The notes: generated by a model from the sequence alone, not told the origin. DNA of 64,000 nucleotides from Savitreella phatthalungensis (GCA_051599415.1 AP039696.1:496001-560000); one strand, 5' to 3'; numbered from the stretch's first letter, positions 30,631 to 42,185 are shown. Numbers and translations: made by a program.

Positions 30631-32880
30631 ATGTCAGATGATTCCGACCTTCTGGTCAACCTAGACACCTCTCTGCCTGCGTATCGACCTCGCAAGACAT
30701 CCGCCGCCGCTGCTGCAAAGGGAGGTAAATGGACTGAACGAGCACGCGCACGCAAGCAGGCTGTCAGATACAATCGAAAACAGCAGGCGCAACTTCAGCC
30801 CGAGCTTCAAGCTGAGCCCGAGTCTGAACAACAGCACTCTCAAACTGGTCGAGATGTTCCACTTCCGCCAAGCTCGGCCACCCAGGTGTCATCACGTCCT
30901 GCACAAGAGCCACGGGACGCAGAATCGAACAAGCCCCGCCTGTTGAAGCGCAAGAGGGACACTCCTGGGCAAGTCTCTGTACAACCCAAATCAGCAGTAG
31001 CGGGACCTCGACAGATCATTTCCTCTCTCTTCAACTTCCATGAAGATCGACTCCCAAATGTCGAGCCAACACCGAAGAAGCACCAGCCTGATACCCCAGC
31101 TGTGCTACCCACAAATGCGCCATTGGCTGATTTGTCGTCTTTCGATGATGCGGATCTGCCAGCCGATCTTCTAGCCGTTTTGAAGGAGAAACAAAGTATC
31201 ACGGCTCCAACACTTGTACAAAAGAAATCATTGCCACAACTACTCGCTAAGGATCAGGATGTCTTCATCCGCGCACAGACAGGATCTGGCAAGACACTCG
31301 CATATCTACTTCCGATTCTCGCACGCCTTGCTCAGCTTGACGAATCCATGCACAAGCGTAGCAGTGGTACCTTTGCCGTCATCATTGCCCCCACCCGCGA
31401 GCTTGCACAGCAGATCTATGCCGTTGTGCTGTCACTCTGTACGAGCTGTCGTACCTTGCGCTGGGCTGTACCCTGCCTACTTGTGGGTGGTGAACGCAAG
31501 AAGTCTGAGAAGGCTAGGCTTCGAAAGGGTGCATCGATTGTCGTCGGCACGCCAGGGCGTCTGAAAGATCATCTCGATTCCACTCAGGCACTCGATCTCG
31601 CACAAGTGCGATATGCCGTGCTCGACGAGGCTGACAGACTCATGGATCTAGGGTTCGAAGAGACGGTAACAGACATCATCAGCGCATTAGAGCTACGCGC
31701 AAAGTTTGCACGAATTGGGTACGAGAAATTGCCCACTCGCCGCGTTACAGTACTCTGTTCAGCAACCGTGAAAGCGAAAATGAGCAAGCTCGGAGAGCGA
31801 GCTTTGCGTGATGCCGTCATGATAGAGGGCGGCTCAATGCAACAATCTCCTGCTCAGCAGGACGACGGTGTTACCGGCACGGAGAGCATTCCTGCTCAAC
31901 TAAAGCAGGAGTACATCATCGTTCCAACAAAGCTGCGAACTGTGACATTGGTTGCCCTACTACGCAATGCTCTGCCGCGTTGCAAGCGCGTCATCGTCTT
32001 TCTTTCGTGCGGCGATTCTGTCGATTGGCATTTTGAGGCACTGACCCGTCAATCAATCAAAGGAGATGTTGCAGAAGGGGCAGGCGACGCCGACAGGACA
32101 GTCTGGGCTGCACCTGAAGTACACGAAAGTTTGACAGTATTGCGTCTCCACGGCAATCTCTCCCAACCAGTGCGTCGTAGCACGCTGAAGCAATTCGAGA
32201 CACTTTCTGGACCTGCAGTTCTGCTTTCTACGGATGTCGCTTCACGTGGTCTCGACACCCAGTGTGACCTGGTAATTCAACTCGACCCACCTTTTGCCAT
32301 CGATGACTACGTCCATCGTGTGGGTCGTACTGCTCGTGCAGGCAAGCAGGGTCGGGCTGTCCTTGTACTGCTCAAGACGGAGGCTGCATATATCGATCAT
32401 CTGCAGAAAAATCTTGAGGAAGCTTCGAGAGAGCTTCATGAGCTCAATGCCCGGTCGACATTGCGTCTAGCTTTCGGTGGCAAGGAGTTCGAGGATGAAG
32501 CAACAAAATGGCAGCTTTCTTACGAAGGTTACGCCGCGAGCACCTCGGACACCAAGTCTCTGTCTGCTCGGGCCTACCAAGCGCACATTCGTGCCTACAC
32601 CACACACACTGCTGCCGAACGCAAATTCTTTGCGCTGCATGATCTGCAGCTCGGTCATCTTGCCAAGGTCTTCGGCCTGCGAGAAGCGCCGTCAAAGATT
32701 ACAGCGCATGCCACCGGTGAAGCAGTCTCGAAGAAAGGCAAAAGAGCAGTTCGGCGCAAGGATGACGATGACATGCGCAGAGAGACAGCAGCTGAGCGCA
32801 TGCGTACCACAATGGCAGCGCAGCGTAAGAGCATGGCTATGGGTGTAGGCGGTGGTGCTGACGACTATAATCTTATGTAG
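30631..32880 (+). CDS. DBP7: ATP-dependent DEAD-box RNA helicase Dbp7
   Basis: 'AQTGSGKTLAYLLP', 'APTRELAQQ', 'GGERKKSEKARLRKG', 'GTPGRLKDHL', DEAD, SAT, 'HRVGRTARAG', 'AYQAHIRAYTTH', 'LGHLAKVFGLREAP'. Confidence 0.95.
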   Translation: MSDDSDLLVNLDTSLPAYRPRKTSAAAAAKGGKWTERARARKQAVRYNRKQQAQLQPELQAEPESEQQHSQTGRDVPLPPSSATQVSSRPAQEPRDAESNKPRLLKRKRDTPGQVSVQPKSAVAGPRQIISSLFNFHEDRLPNVEPTPKKHQPDTPAVLPTNAPLADLSSFDDADLPADLLAVLKEKQSITAPTLVQKKSLPQLLAKDQDVFIRAQTGSGKTLAYLLPILARLAQLDESMHKRSSGTFAVIIAPTRELAQQIYAVVLSLCTSCRTLRWAVPCLLVGGERKKSEKARLRKGASIVVGTPGRLKDHLDSTQALDLAQVRYAVLDEADRLMDLGFEETVTDIISALELRAKFARIGYEKLPTRRVTVLCSATVKAKMSKLGERALRDAVMIEGGSMQQSPAQQDDGVTGTESIPAQLKQEYIIVPTKLRTVTLVALLRNALPRCKRVIVFLSCGDSVDWHFEALTRQSIKGDVAEGAGDADRTVWAAPEVHESLTVLRLHGNLSQPVRRSTLKQFETLSGPAVLLSTDVASRGLDTQCDLVIQLDPPFAIDDYVHRVGRTARAGKQGRAVLVLLKTEAAYIDHLQKNLEEASRELHELNARSTLRLAFGGKEFEDEATKWQLSYEGYAASTSDTKSLSARAYQAHIRAYTTHTAAERKFFALHDLQLGHLAKVFGLREAPSKITAHATGEAVSKKGKRAVRRKDDDDMRRETAAERMRTTMAAQRKSMAMGVGGGADDYNLM

Positions 32881-33302
32881 AAATTCGAGCATATATGAGC
32901 GAAAGCTTCTCATCTCCGTCCGTCCTGACAACAGTCTTTGCTATGGCTCATGCGCGCTGACAGCATCCGTTCAGACGACCCGATAGATCGATTGAAGCGG
33001 CTTCGAAAAGTGAAGTGGCTTCCAAAAAGTGCAAAAAGAAAGAAGAACTGCAGTACCAGGACTTCCCACCTGGTCTCCCACGGCAGTACTATTCCGGCGC
33101 TGCGCTGGTTATCTTTGGTGATCGGACGGGAACCAGATCTTTCAGCGCGCTATGACCGCAGATGAAATGTTTGTTGGATGCAAGCAATATAAGCCATGCA
33201 AAACTTCAGCCTGCCGTCAGTGCTAGGGTTGAGACTATGGCAATCAACCTATGATTGATGAGCATCCGCGACACCTATCTGCGAGCATGAGATGGGTGGA
33301 AA

Positions 33303-34142
33303 ATGAAAGTGACGGCAGATCTACTCTCTCGGCACCCTCATGCTCGGCTGTTGTGCGATCTGGCCCGACAGTATTTCGCCCGTGGCTGGCTTGATGGCAC
33401 TGGAGGAGGGCTTTCGCTTCAGCCCGCGGGAGACGATGTCACAGCGGCCATCGAACGGGTGCTCGACTCATCGTCAGAAATATCAGTGAGTCGAGCGGAT
33501 GGTGACGAGAGTTGGGTGTTCTTGACGCCCTCGGGTATGTTCAAAGAGCATCTGGCGCCCGCAGACCTCTTCGTCTGGGACACAGCCACGTCAGACTACA
33601 TCTACAGGCCTACAAATGTGCGAACGGGCCTAGCAGCAAAGCCTTCGGCATCATCAGATCTCTTCATCCACCTGCATGCGAAACTCGGCGCTCGCGCCGT
33701 CATTCACACACATTCGCAGCACTCCAATCTCGCCACCTGCAACCTGGACTCCGGATCGAGGCTGGACGAACGTACGGTCGGACGCTGGCGGTGTAGCGAT
33801 CAGGAGTACCTGAAGGGTCTGGCTAATTGGCACGATGGCAAGATGCTAGCCAACACAGATACGGCTGCAGTTGCTGTGATTGCGAATAGGCCAACGGAAG
33901 ATCAGCTGCTGCCGGACTTGGCGGCAGCGTGCGAGAAAATTGCGAGTGGCGAGGGTGCCTCAGAGGACAAGCTCCTCGCTTGCGTGCTGGTGCATCACCA
34001 CGGAGCGTACCACTTCGCACGGGACTGGGCAAAGGCGAAGACACAAGTCGAGTGTTTAGAATACCTCTTCGAGCTCTCCTATAAGCAGGCAATCCTTGGT
34101 CCTCGACAACCTTGGCCTGACCGATCTACTGCAACTCATTGA
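33303..34142 (+). CDS. MDE1: Methylthioribulose-1-phosphate dehydratase-like (class II aldolase family)
   Basis: 'GWLDGTGGGLS', 'PSGMFKE', 'AVIHTHS', 'DQEYLKG', 'HGAY...WAKAKTQVECLEYLF'. Confidence 0.82.
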   Translation: MKVTADLLSRHPHARLLCDLARQYFARGWLDGTGGGLSLQPAGDDVTAAIERVLDSSSEISVSRADGDESWVFLTPSGMFKEHLAPADLFVWDTATSDYIYRPTNVRTGLAAKPSASSDLFIHLHAKLGARAVIHTHSQHSNLATCNLDSGSRLDERTVGRWRCSDQEYLKGLANWHDGKMLANTDTAAVAVIANRPTEDQLLPDLAAACEKIASGEGASEDKLLACVLVHHHGAYHFARDWAKAKTQVECLEYLFELSYKQAILGPRQPWPDRSTATH

Positions 34143-34172
34143 TATAGTGGAAAGATCATTTCTATGTACGCA

Positions 34173-35405
34173 TTACTCTTCCACTTTATCTGTTGTATCA
34201 GCTCCCTCAGTCACTCCTTCCGGTGCAGGCGCTTCCTCATAGTCCATCTCGCCGCGCTGTCGCTCAATCTCCTGCTTCATCTGGACGCACTTGTCCATCA
34301 GGAGGTCAATCGCGTTGACAACCAGGTTGTCGACGGCGCGCACGCCTGTACCTTCGATGTCAAAGATGAAGTGGTCGCGCCGCCGGCCTAAGCGGACCTT
34401 GTCTGAAAATTCTGGATGCCGTAGTGCCTCGCGCGAGACAGAATCACCTCGTGGATTTCGGACACTTGCGTACGGAACACCAGCCTCAGTTGGCACTTCG
34501 TTACTGCCAATTCCGCCGCGAGATTTGGATGCATCCTCCGCAGGTTTTCCAGTCGATGTGCGGACCTTGATCACGCCCTTGGAGAAGCATTTACTGAAGC
34601 GATGTGCGTCGTCGCCTGTGATCGGCTGTGTTATAGTGACTGTTGGCATCAGACGATATGTCGCCGGCGCCACAGGCGAGAACTTTGCATGATCCTTGCC
34701 AACGCCTAGAATAGCGATACAGTCGCATATGATCTCCTGACCTGGACGCAGCTTCGCCAATAGGATATCCTTGTTGGCCACCTCGACGCTGCCTTCAGGT
34801 AGGAAATCCGCCTGTCCACCTTTGGGCTCGAATTCTAGCATCCCGCTCGTGACATCACTGTTGATATACAACTTCTTCGGATCTGTCTCATCCGGAGCTG
34901 CTCGCGGATTCCGCTCGCACTTAACATGTAATTTGAACGAGAGAATGCATCGGTCGTGCATCTCCCGGATCGTCCCGTCAACCTCTCGCACTGGGTACTC
35001 GAACATTTCGATCGGCGCACATATCGGCACCAGACCCAAGCGTTGTGCCAGGACCTCGTCCTGCACCACCGATGTATTCTGCGAGATGTAGGCGTATTCA
35101 ATTGCCATAGCCGGGGTTTCAGCTATCAGGATCCGGCGGATGGCGTTTGCAATAGCGGCATCGATGCCGACGAGATCGAAGACCATATGATCATCTTCAT
35201 ACTCGTGGATCTGCACATGGAATTGTTTTTTGAAGCGCTCGAGGTCCCAAGCATTATCTTCACCAGGATAATGTCCCGGGAAGTCGGTCGAGACAACGTC
35301 TGTGACACGATCGATGAGGAGCCCGACTTCTTTTCGACGGATTAAGAGCCTTTGCTGTCGTTGCTCCGCTGAGAGAGACGACCTTGGGATCGGAGTCGGA
35401 CTCAT
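34173..35405 (-). CDS. RPC40: RNA polymerase I/III subunit AC40
   Basis: 'STDFPGHYPGEDNAW', 'FDLVGIDAAIANAIRRILIAE', 'NTSVVQDEVLAQRLGLVP', 'LLAKLRPGQEI', 'GKDHAKFSPV', 'RDHFIF'. First in-frame ATG at 35405. Confidence 0.96.
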   Translation of the reverse strand: MSPTPIPRSSLSAEQRQQRLLIRRKEVGLLIDRVTDVVSTDFPGHYPGEDNAWDLERFKKQFHVQIHEYEDDHMVFDLVGIDAAIANAIRRILIAETPAMAIEYAYISQNTSVVQDEVLAQRLGLVPICAPIEMFEYPVREVDGTIREMHDRCILSFKLHVKCERNPRAAPDETDPKKLYINSDVTSGMLEFEPKGGQADFLPEGSVEVANKDILLAKLRPGQEIICDCIAILGVGKDHAKFSPVAPATYRLMPTVTITQPITGDDAHRFSKCFSKGVIKVRTSTGKPAEDASKSRGGIGSNEVPTEAGVPYASVRNPRGDSVSREALRHPEFSDKVRLGRRRDHFIFDIEGTGVRAVDNLVVNAIDLLMDKCVQMKQEIERQRGEMDYEEAPAPEGVTEGADTTDKVEE

Positions 35406-36007
35406 CGTCAGACCACGACCCTGAATAGGGGATGGTGTATGGCGTTCCTGATGATGTGCCAAAGGTCTTGTATTGGATCTCAGATCTAACCAGAAGCGTT
35501 TAAATGCACAAATATATACCCAGCTAAATTATTACTGTATGCAGTAGTTACGGCTCTGATGCACGATGGTGCTCAGCAATGAATGTCGCATATGTTTGAT
35601 CGAGCGCGCAATCTCGGGAAAAGGCCTGCGCATGGATTCGAAATATCCTGCGAGTGCACAACGGTGTTCGTTGACGGCTCTAGCAAGAGATGACGAGAGG
35701 AGTCTCAAACTCGGATGCAGGATCCAGGATGACAACCTGGCTCTGACGTGTGTCTCATATTGTTCCAGAATCGCAAGAACATAGATATTGAAAAGCGTGA
35801 CTTTACTTTGTAAGTGCCGTGATATTCATGGACGGACCAGCAGCAGGCATAGGAGGCATCACGCCTGGACGAAATTCCTCGAAACGTCTGTTGAGACCCG
35901 CGCTACGGCGACGTGCTCGCTCGTTCTCACAAGCTAGTCGATGGAGTGTGCATGCAATGCACTCCGTGCATCAATCCGGGTGCTGTCGTCTTCGTAGTCT
36001 GTAGTCG

Positions 36008-36790
36008 CTAACGTCTTTTGCCATTCATATGAGCTGCACCAACGGAATTGTTTCCTCCACCTGCTGTGGCTGCTCTCTTTGCATGAACCGCGGCTGGGAC
36101 ACTTTTCCGCTCTTTCGCCACTGCGCTAGATCGTGTGCGCCGGTCGAGCTGATGCCATGAAGCCTTCCAGCTATGACATAATTCGAGCGCAGCCCGTATA
36201 GCTGCTAATCGAGTTTCCTCGTCTCCATCGTTCGAGCTTTGGAGCTGAGCGATGATGTTTGAGCCTGTGGAGGAAGCCTCTGAAATGACACTGGCCGAGT
36301 CGTCAACGTCGACGACGTTCTCGCCGTCATCCTCATGCGGCGTGCTCGGCGTCACCAGTTCCTCGGCGGCCTGCGAAGGTGAGCGAGATGGAACAGATGA
36401 CAGCTCAGAGAGCTCGCTCGAGAGCGATCCAGCCCCTCGCCGAAGCTGTCTGGTGTCTCGAGCGACCATGTGTGATATTGCCGAGCTCGTCTGAGATTCT
36501 CTTCGCCGCGACGAGCGACGCGGATCTTTGGAAGAGGTTCGCTGGCGCTTGCGAGCGCGTGATTCGCTCACATCTTGATCGTCTTCATGCTTCTTAAAAT
36601 GCGCCATCGCTTCTGCTTCATCTTCCTTTGCGGCATCCTGCGATTCCTGAGAGTCAAGGGAGCTGTGATATGAGAGTGTCTCATTCGAGACCGGTGGAGG
36701 CGGTGTACCAGCAATATCGACCGAAATCAGGCCGCGCTCCGAGCGACGCTGCCTCGAGCTGACTTGCGAGTTGACCATAGGTATAGGCAC
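36008..36790 (-). CDS. Hypothetical low-complexity (S/R/E-rich) protein, possibly nuclear
   Basis: 260-codon open frame with NLS-like 'RARKRQR'; start and exon structure uncertain. Confidence 0.5.
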   Translation of the reverse strand: MPIPMVNSQVSSRQRRSERGLISVDIAGTPPPPVSNETLSYHSSLDSQESQDAAKEDEAEAMAHFKKHEDDQDVSESRARKRQRTSSKDPRRSSRRRESQTSSAISHMVARDTRQLRRGAGSLSSELSELSSVPSRSPSQAAEELVTPSTPHEDDGENVVDVDDSASVISEASSTGSNIIAQLQSSNDGDEETRLAAIRAALELCHSWKASWHQLDRRTRSSAVAKERKSVPAAVHAKRAATAGGGNNSVGAAHMNGKRR

Positions 36791-37252
36791 GGACAGTGAG
36801 GCTCGATCTGACAGATGACAGCGCGACTCTGGCGCTAAATGGCGTCGTCGACCGTAGGCCGCTTCTCGAAGCTATATAGCCATAAGAGAAACTTTAGTGA
36901 TACTATCTGTAATGCCGCGTGGGGCCGCTGTGGCTGCAACGCAGCGGTAGCTGGAAACTCACCAGTGCCTCCGGATACAGATTGGCATCGAGACGACAAT
37001 TTAGCCTCGTCAAAAATTTATGCAAAGCCCTTTTGATCAATATTCCGCGCAGATCCTGAATGAAACACGTGTTGCATCACGGTATGGCGCACCTGGTAGG
37101 TACCGTTTCACTAAAATCGCCAGTCTCATCCCGATGGAATGCGCATCAATCTTGTGGTACTCAGAGTCCCTTGGCACATTGTCGTCTTCACAATTCTGAC
37201 GCTTTCGGCTGCTTCTCTGAAACGTCGCGCGATCATAGCGTTATTCAGCAGA

Positions 37253-37753
37253 ATGGTCCAAGCTTCCAGCGCTACCACGCCGGACTTTGCAACGTTTGAC
37301 AGACTGGCTGTACAGATGAGCTACTATCACAATATGCTTCGCGGGAGTTGGACTGAACTTTATGCAGGCACCGACCCTGACGCACGCAAGCCACCTTCGC
37401 CGTCGCAGCTAATCCGAGTCGGTCTACATTTTTGTCGGCATCTGGAGACTCACCATGATATCGAGGAAGCTCACTGGTTTCCTGTGCTCGGGCGCAAGAT
37501 GGAGGCCTTTCGGGCGACCGGCTTCGCCAAGAAGCAGCATAAGGAAATGCACAAAGGTCTTGACAAGTTGAGCAGGTACTTGATCGCTTGTCAGCAGGGT
37601 TCGGAGGATCTGCGGCGCGACCGCGTTCGCGAGATCATGGATTCTTTTGGAGACGTGCTGTGGCTCCATCTGGACGAGGAAGTGCGTGAGCTCGGCGGCG
37701 AGAACATGAGCAAATTCTGGACATTACAGGAAATGCGCAATCTTCCTTTCTAA
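37253..37753 (+). CDS. Hemerythrin-like HHE cation-binding protein
   Basis: 'YYHNMLR', 'HLETHHDIEEAHWFPVL', 'QHKEMH', 'LHLDEEV' give the H...HxxxE...H...HxxxE di-iron pattern. ATG 37253 preferred; an upstream in-frame ATG exists at 37139. Confidence 0.87.
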   Translation: MVQASSATTPDFATFDRLAVQMSYYHNMLRGSWTELYAGTDPDARKPPSPSQLIRVGLHFCRHLETHHDIEEAHWFPVLGRKMEAFRATGFAKKQHKEMHKGLDKLSRYLIACQQGSEDLRRDRVREIMDSFGDVLWLHLDEEVRELGGENMSKFWTLQEMRNLPF

Positions 37754-39234
37754 ATATCGTCGCGAGCACAGTAGCTGGCGGAGGACATCAACAGATGTAT
37801 GGCGAAGGTCAGTAGGCCTGCAAATCGACAGCGGCGCAAACGAGACACTCTTCTAGCGGAAAGGGGCCCCGCCCTCATTCAAAATGGAGTCACGATCTGT
37901 CTTGCCAATCGCCCATCTGCCATATCATTCAGAATCTGCGGACTGACAGAGGGAAGTACAGCACGGTCTTCATGCAATGGGTCTCTACCATTTGCGACCA
38001 TCAGAGACCCAATGCCGCATCAGCGAATGCTTCAGCATGCTGCATCACGGCACTCGCGGAACTTGAATAGCCGCTATGAGTCCGGCCTAGTTTCTCTCCT
38101 AACCAGTATTCAGGCCAAGTGGAAAACCCGTACATTTTTCGACAAGAAAAATCTCGAGACATTATCTGTCAGGGGAGCGTCCAGCTAATTCTTTTCTTTC
38201 ACATGTTTGACTTTCCTTCCTCTGTATACCCTAAATATAAAGGCTCAATAAATTTCAGCAAATTCAGAGCCTGTTTTCGTCTGCAACTTTACAGGAGATG
38301 CTGGAAGCTGCTCACAAATGTATTAGCTCCGATTGGTCTTGCTGCCTCTGGACTAGGCGACGATTTGCGAAAGGGTTATAGATCGGCGCACGAGGTGAGT
38401 CCGTGAATTGATTCGGACTGCAGTCAGATCGAGCTCCTTTTATCGTGGAGGAAGGTGAATTCCAAGGGCGAAATCCGGGGTAAATTTGGAGTCTTTCAAA
38501 TTTACCTTATATATCTTGTGACTCTGCACTGGGGATCAGCCTCGATTCATTTGTCTGAATCCACGCTTTCCCTTCGATTCATACCGAAATGTGGGTGAGC
38601 TGGAACAGATGATCAGAATTTCCTGCTTCCCTTTACTTGCTTCACGAGACCAGCTCCAGATTCCTGAGCTGAAACGGCGGTTCCACCTTTTCCCGGGGGG
38701 AAACTAATTACCTGACATCGAAGCAAGTCAAGCAGCCTATCCTTTCACCAAGCGATCTATTGATTCCGTCGCGAATACTTGTCCTCCCTGAGATGGAAAC
38801 TTGCGTAAAATAAGACGGATGGGACGTGCCGGTGCCTTCCAGCTCACATTATATACGGTATATTGATTGGTCTGTACGTGTGGATCCAAAACTCAATGTA
38901 GTCAGGTAGGTGGGAAATACAGACGCGCGGCAATCCACACCTAAGCTGATACACCCACTGCAGCAACCAGTTGCTGAGCTAGCGAGCGCAACCGGCCGCG
39001 CGTATCTCTTTTCTCGCGCCCTGTAGCTCTCGCACATGTTCTCCGCAGTAGCTCAATCAGCCCGGTCTCGCTGCCCAACTCGATTGTCGTGCAAAGCCAA
39101 GCGTAAGGTATAAGAAGGTCCGTCCTCCCCCCCAATCTACGTGTTTGTTAGGTCTATACCACAACCTCTGATCCCAACACCCCTCCATACTCTCCCCTTA
39201 CTTTCCTATTTAAATTTCACGAAACACTTCTATC

Positions 39235-41097
39235 ATGGCACCTCGCTGCATTGTTGTTGGTGGTGGACTTTCCGGTCTCAGCGCTGCGCACACCATTGTT
39301 GAGAACGGCGGTAACGTGCTTGTTCTCGACAAGAACGGCTTCTTCGGAGGTAACTCGACCAAGGCTACATCCGGCATCAACGGTGCTCTTACCCGCACTC
39401 AGGCTGGTCGCGACGTCAAGGATTCTGCCAAGCTCTTCTACGATGATACAGTTAAGTCTGCGCGTGACCTCGCTCGTCCTGACCTCATCAAGGTTCTTAC
39501 CTACCAATCAGCATCTGGTGTTGAATGGCTCCAGGACAGATTTGGACTCGCACTCGACCAGGTCGCTCGCCTGGGTGGTCACTCCGAACAGCGTACTCAC
39601 CGCTCCAACACCGAGAAGTTCCCTGGTATGGAGATCACGTACGCTTTGATGGAGAAGATGGAGGATTTGGCAAAGACCGACTCTTCACGTGTGAAGATCA
39701 TCAAGAAAGCACGTGTGACTGAGCTGCTGAAAGAGGGCGACAAGGTCGTCGGTGTGACGTACGAGGTCAAGGGCAAACCCTACAAGGAGTACGGTCCTGT
39801 CGTGCTTGCCACTGGAGGTTACGCCGCAGACTTTGGCGCAGACTCTCTACTGAAGAAGTGGCGTCCGGACACGTTCGACCTCTCGACCACCAACGGCCCG
39901 CACTGCACCGGTGACGGCCACAAGATGGTCAATGCCATCGGTGGACGCACAATCGACATGGAGAAGGTCCAAGTCCACCCGACTGGTCTGGTCGATGTGT
40001 CTGACCCGAAGGCAAAGGTCAAGTTCCTTGCCGCAGAGGCCTTGCGAGGCTCTGGAGGTATCTTGCTTGACGCCAATGGCGATCGTTTCTGCGACGAGCT
40101 CGGCCACCGCGACTACGTGACTGGAATGATGTGGAAGAACAAATTCCCCATTCGGCTGATTCTCAACGGCAAGTCGACCAAGGCCATTGAGTGGCATTGC
40201 AAGCACTACGTCAGCCGTCGCTTGATGAAGCGTTTCAACTCTGGCGCAGAGGTTGCAAAGGAGATTGGCTGCACACCAGAGCACCTCGCAGAGACTTTCA
40301 AGAAGTACAGCGAGATCGCTGACGGCAAGCAGAAGGACCCGTGGAACAAGCGATTCTTCCACAACGCACCTTACACGATGGACGACGACACCTGGCACGT
40401 TGCCCTAATGGAGCCCGTGCTTCACTACACCATGGGTGGTGTTGAGATCAACGATCAGTCGCAGGTCATCAATGAGCAGGGCAAGCCAATTGAGGGTCTT
40501 TTCGCCTGCGGTGAGCTCGCCGGTGGTGTCCACGGCGCTAACCGTCTCGGTGGATCATCCCTGCTCGGCTGTGTCGTCTTTGGTCGTGTTGCAGGCGACA
40601 GCGCTTCGTCTTACCTGCTTCAGACTCTGTCGACAGGCACTGCCGCCGCGCGTCTTGGCCAGGTTTCGCAGCACATCAATCTGTCGATTGACCCTAACAG
40701 CAAGAACATCACCATCTCGTTTGGCGGCGAGGGTGTTCAGGCGGTCGCATCGTCCGGTGCTTCCGCCGGCCCCGCAGTTGAGGCTGCTTCGAGCGAGCCC
40801 CACCCGGATGACACAGACTCACCCGCGCCTGGCGCACCGAAGGAGCTTAAGCAGTACTCGCTTGCTGACGTCGCAAAGCACAACAAGGACGGCGACATGT
40901 GGGTCGCCGTCGGCGGCAAGGTGATTGACGTCTGGGACTTCCTCGAGGACCACCCAGGAGGTCCTGCAGCGATCAAGATCTATGCCGGCCGTGCTTGCAC
41001 AGAGGCCTTCTTGCAGCTTCATGACGCAGACACGATCGAGAAGCACTACCCTCAGGGCATCATCGGCACTTACAGCGAGCCCGAGCCGAAGCACTAG
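39235..41097 (+). CDS. Soluble FAD-dependent fumarate reductase (Osm1/Frd1 family) fused to a C-terminal cytochrome b5 domain
   Basis: 'VVGGGLSGLSAA', 'GGNSTKATSGIN', 'LGGHS..RTH', 'VQVHPTG', 'AEALRG', 'HYTMGG', 'GGVHGANRLGGSSL'; C-terminal 'VAKHN...W...FLEDHPGG...F..LH'. Confidence 0.94.
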   Translation: MAPRCIVVGGGLSGLSAAHTIVENGGNVLVLDKNGFFGGNSTKATSGINGALTRTQAGRDVKDSAKLFYDDTVKSARDLARPDLIKVLTYQSASGVEWLQDRFGLALDQVARLGGHSEQRTHRSNTEKFPGMEITYALMEKMEDLAKTDSSRVKIIKKARVTELLKEGDKVVGVTYEVKGKPYKEYGPVVLATGGYAADFGADSLLKKWRPDTFDLSTTNGPHCTGDGHKMVNAIGGRTIDMEKVQVHPTGLVDVSDPKAKVKFLAAEALRGSGGILLDANGDRFCDELGHRDYVTGMMWKNKFPIRLILNGKSTKAIEWHCKHYVSRRLMKRFNSGAEVAKEIGCTPEHLAETFKKYSEIADGKQKDPWNKRFFHNAPYTMDDDTWHVALMEPVLHYTMGGVEINDQSQVINEQGKPIEGLFACGELAGGVHGANRLGGSSLLGCVVFGRVAGDSASSYLLQTLSTGTAAARLGQVSQHINLSIDPNSKNITISFGGEGVQAVASSGASAGPAVEAASSEPHPDDTDSPAPGAPKELKQYSLADVAKHNKDGDMWVAVGGKVIDVWDFLEDHPGGPAAIKIYAGRACTEAFLQLHDADTIEKHYPQGIIGTYSEPEPKH

Positions 41098-41997
41098 AGC
41101 GTTGTCGGTCTCTAGCCTTTCGGCCAGACGCATTCGCTCTTCCAATTTCACATTCTCATACTATAGGCATGCATGAATAGACATGTGCCGTTGACTACGA
41201 TTGATTTACGAGAGAAACCATAGTCTCGAGGTCAGAACATGACTGCAAAGGTCATAAATACTGATTGCTGCAATGTTGCACTGCATTGCGCGCTTCGAAG
41301 GTTTGCTTTGGGAAGTGCCCATCCGGTGTTTTCCAGACCTCGGCACAAAGTAGAGTAATCTGCCATGGACTCCATGCATGGGTTGCTATTGTTATTCGTC
41401 TTGTCTGCTTACACTCTGAATTCCAGTATCTCTATTGGACAATAGACCGCTAGTGATCGTGATTGGTAAAACCTACATGGATATACTATAGTAGAATATA
41501 GACGTCCATCAATAGTAAACTTGGCGATTCTACAGTATACAAGGAAGAAGTGCCGAGGTCAATGAAAAGTTTGGCAGAAATATTTGCAATGTCAGCTTAG
41601 ATGATTCCATTTTAGCTTCGAGAGCAATGTATGACTGGCTGGAAAGCTAAGTCATATGCTGAAATACATCCGCACCATATGCCAGTTGAACTTAGCTTCA
41701 TCGGCCACATATTCAATGCCGAGTTACATCGAGATCGAATCCAACAGTGACCAATCAGTCTTATTTCAATCCGACCGGAGAGTTAAATCTATTCTTGACT
41801 TCGTTTTGAGCTCCACTGGTGTTCGTCTTTGCCAGATACGATAATTCTACTTGACCGAATTCCAGTTCAGAACATTCGACCACCTGGCTTCTGGCCTATG
41901 AACATTATGTCAATTCCAGACGGACAGAAAGCCAGTTCAAAACTGCGCCGCGTGAAATGAGTCAGCTGGTCTGGTTTGTAGATTCATCAATGTGCAT

Positions 41998-42086
41998 CCC
42001 CCCAGCTGGACTTCTCCACTCCCCCGGCCTACTTTCTCCGGCTGGAACCTGGGGGCGATGTTGGAGCAGGACAGGTATCACTGGAG
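41998..42086. promoter_or_regulatory. Cluster of SYGGRG (CreA/Mig1-type) consensus sites upstream of acyl-CoA oxidase
   Basis: Matches at 42000, 42014, 42022 and 42036 (minus strand) and 42049, 42081 (plus strand). Function inferred. Confidence 0.45.
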
Positions 42087-42185
42087 GTCAACCGCGGCTT
42101 CCGGCTCCTAGCGCGCTAACACCCGCTCAACCATCGCCCGACGAAGCAGTGGCACAGATACACTGACCTCTTACCCGCTCACCTA

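Noticed and set aside
35810..35975. Minus-strand frame with 'CTECIACTLHRLAC' that could be an extra exon of the 36008-36790 ORF
   Set aside because: No convincing donor/acceptor pair found to join it in frame; needs RNA-seq.
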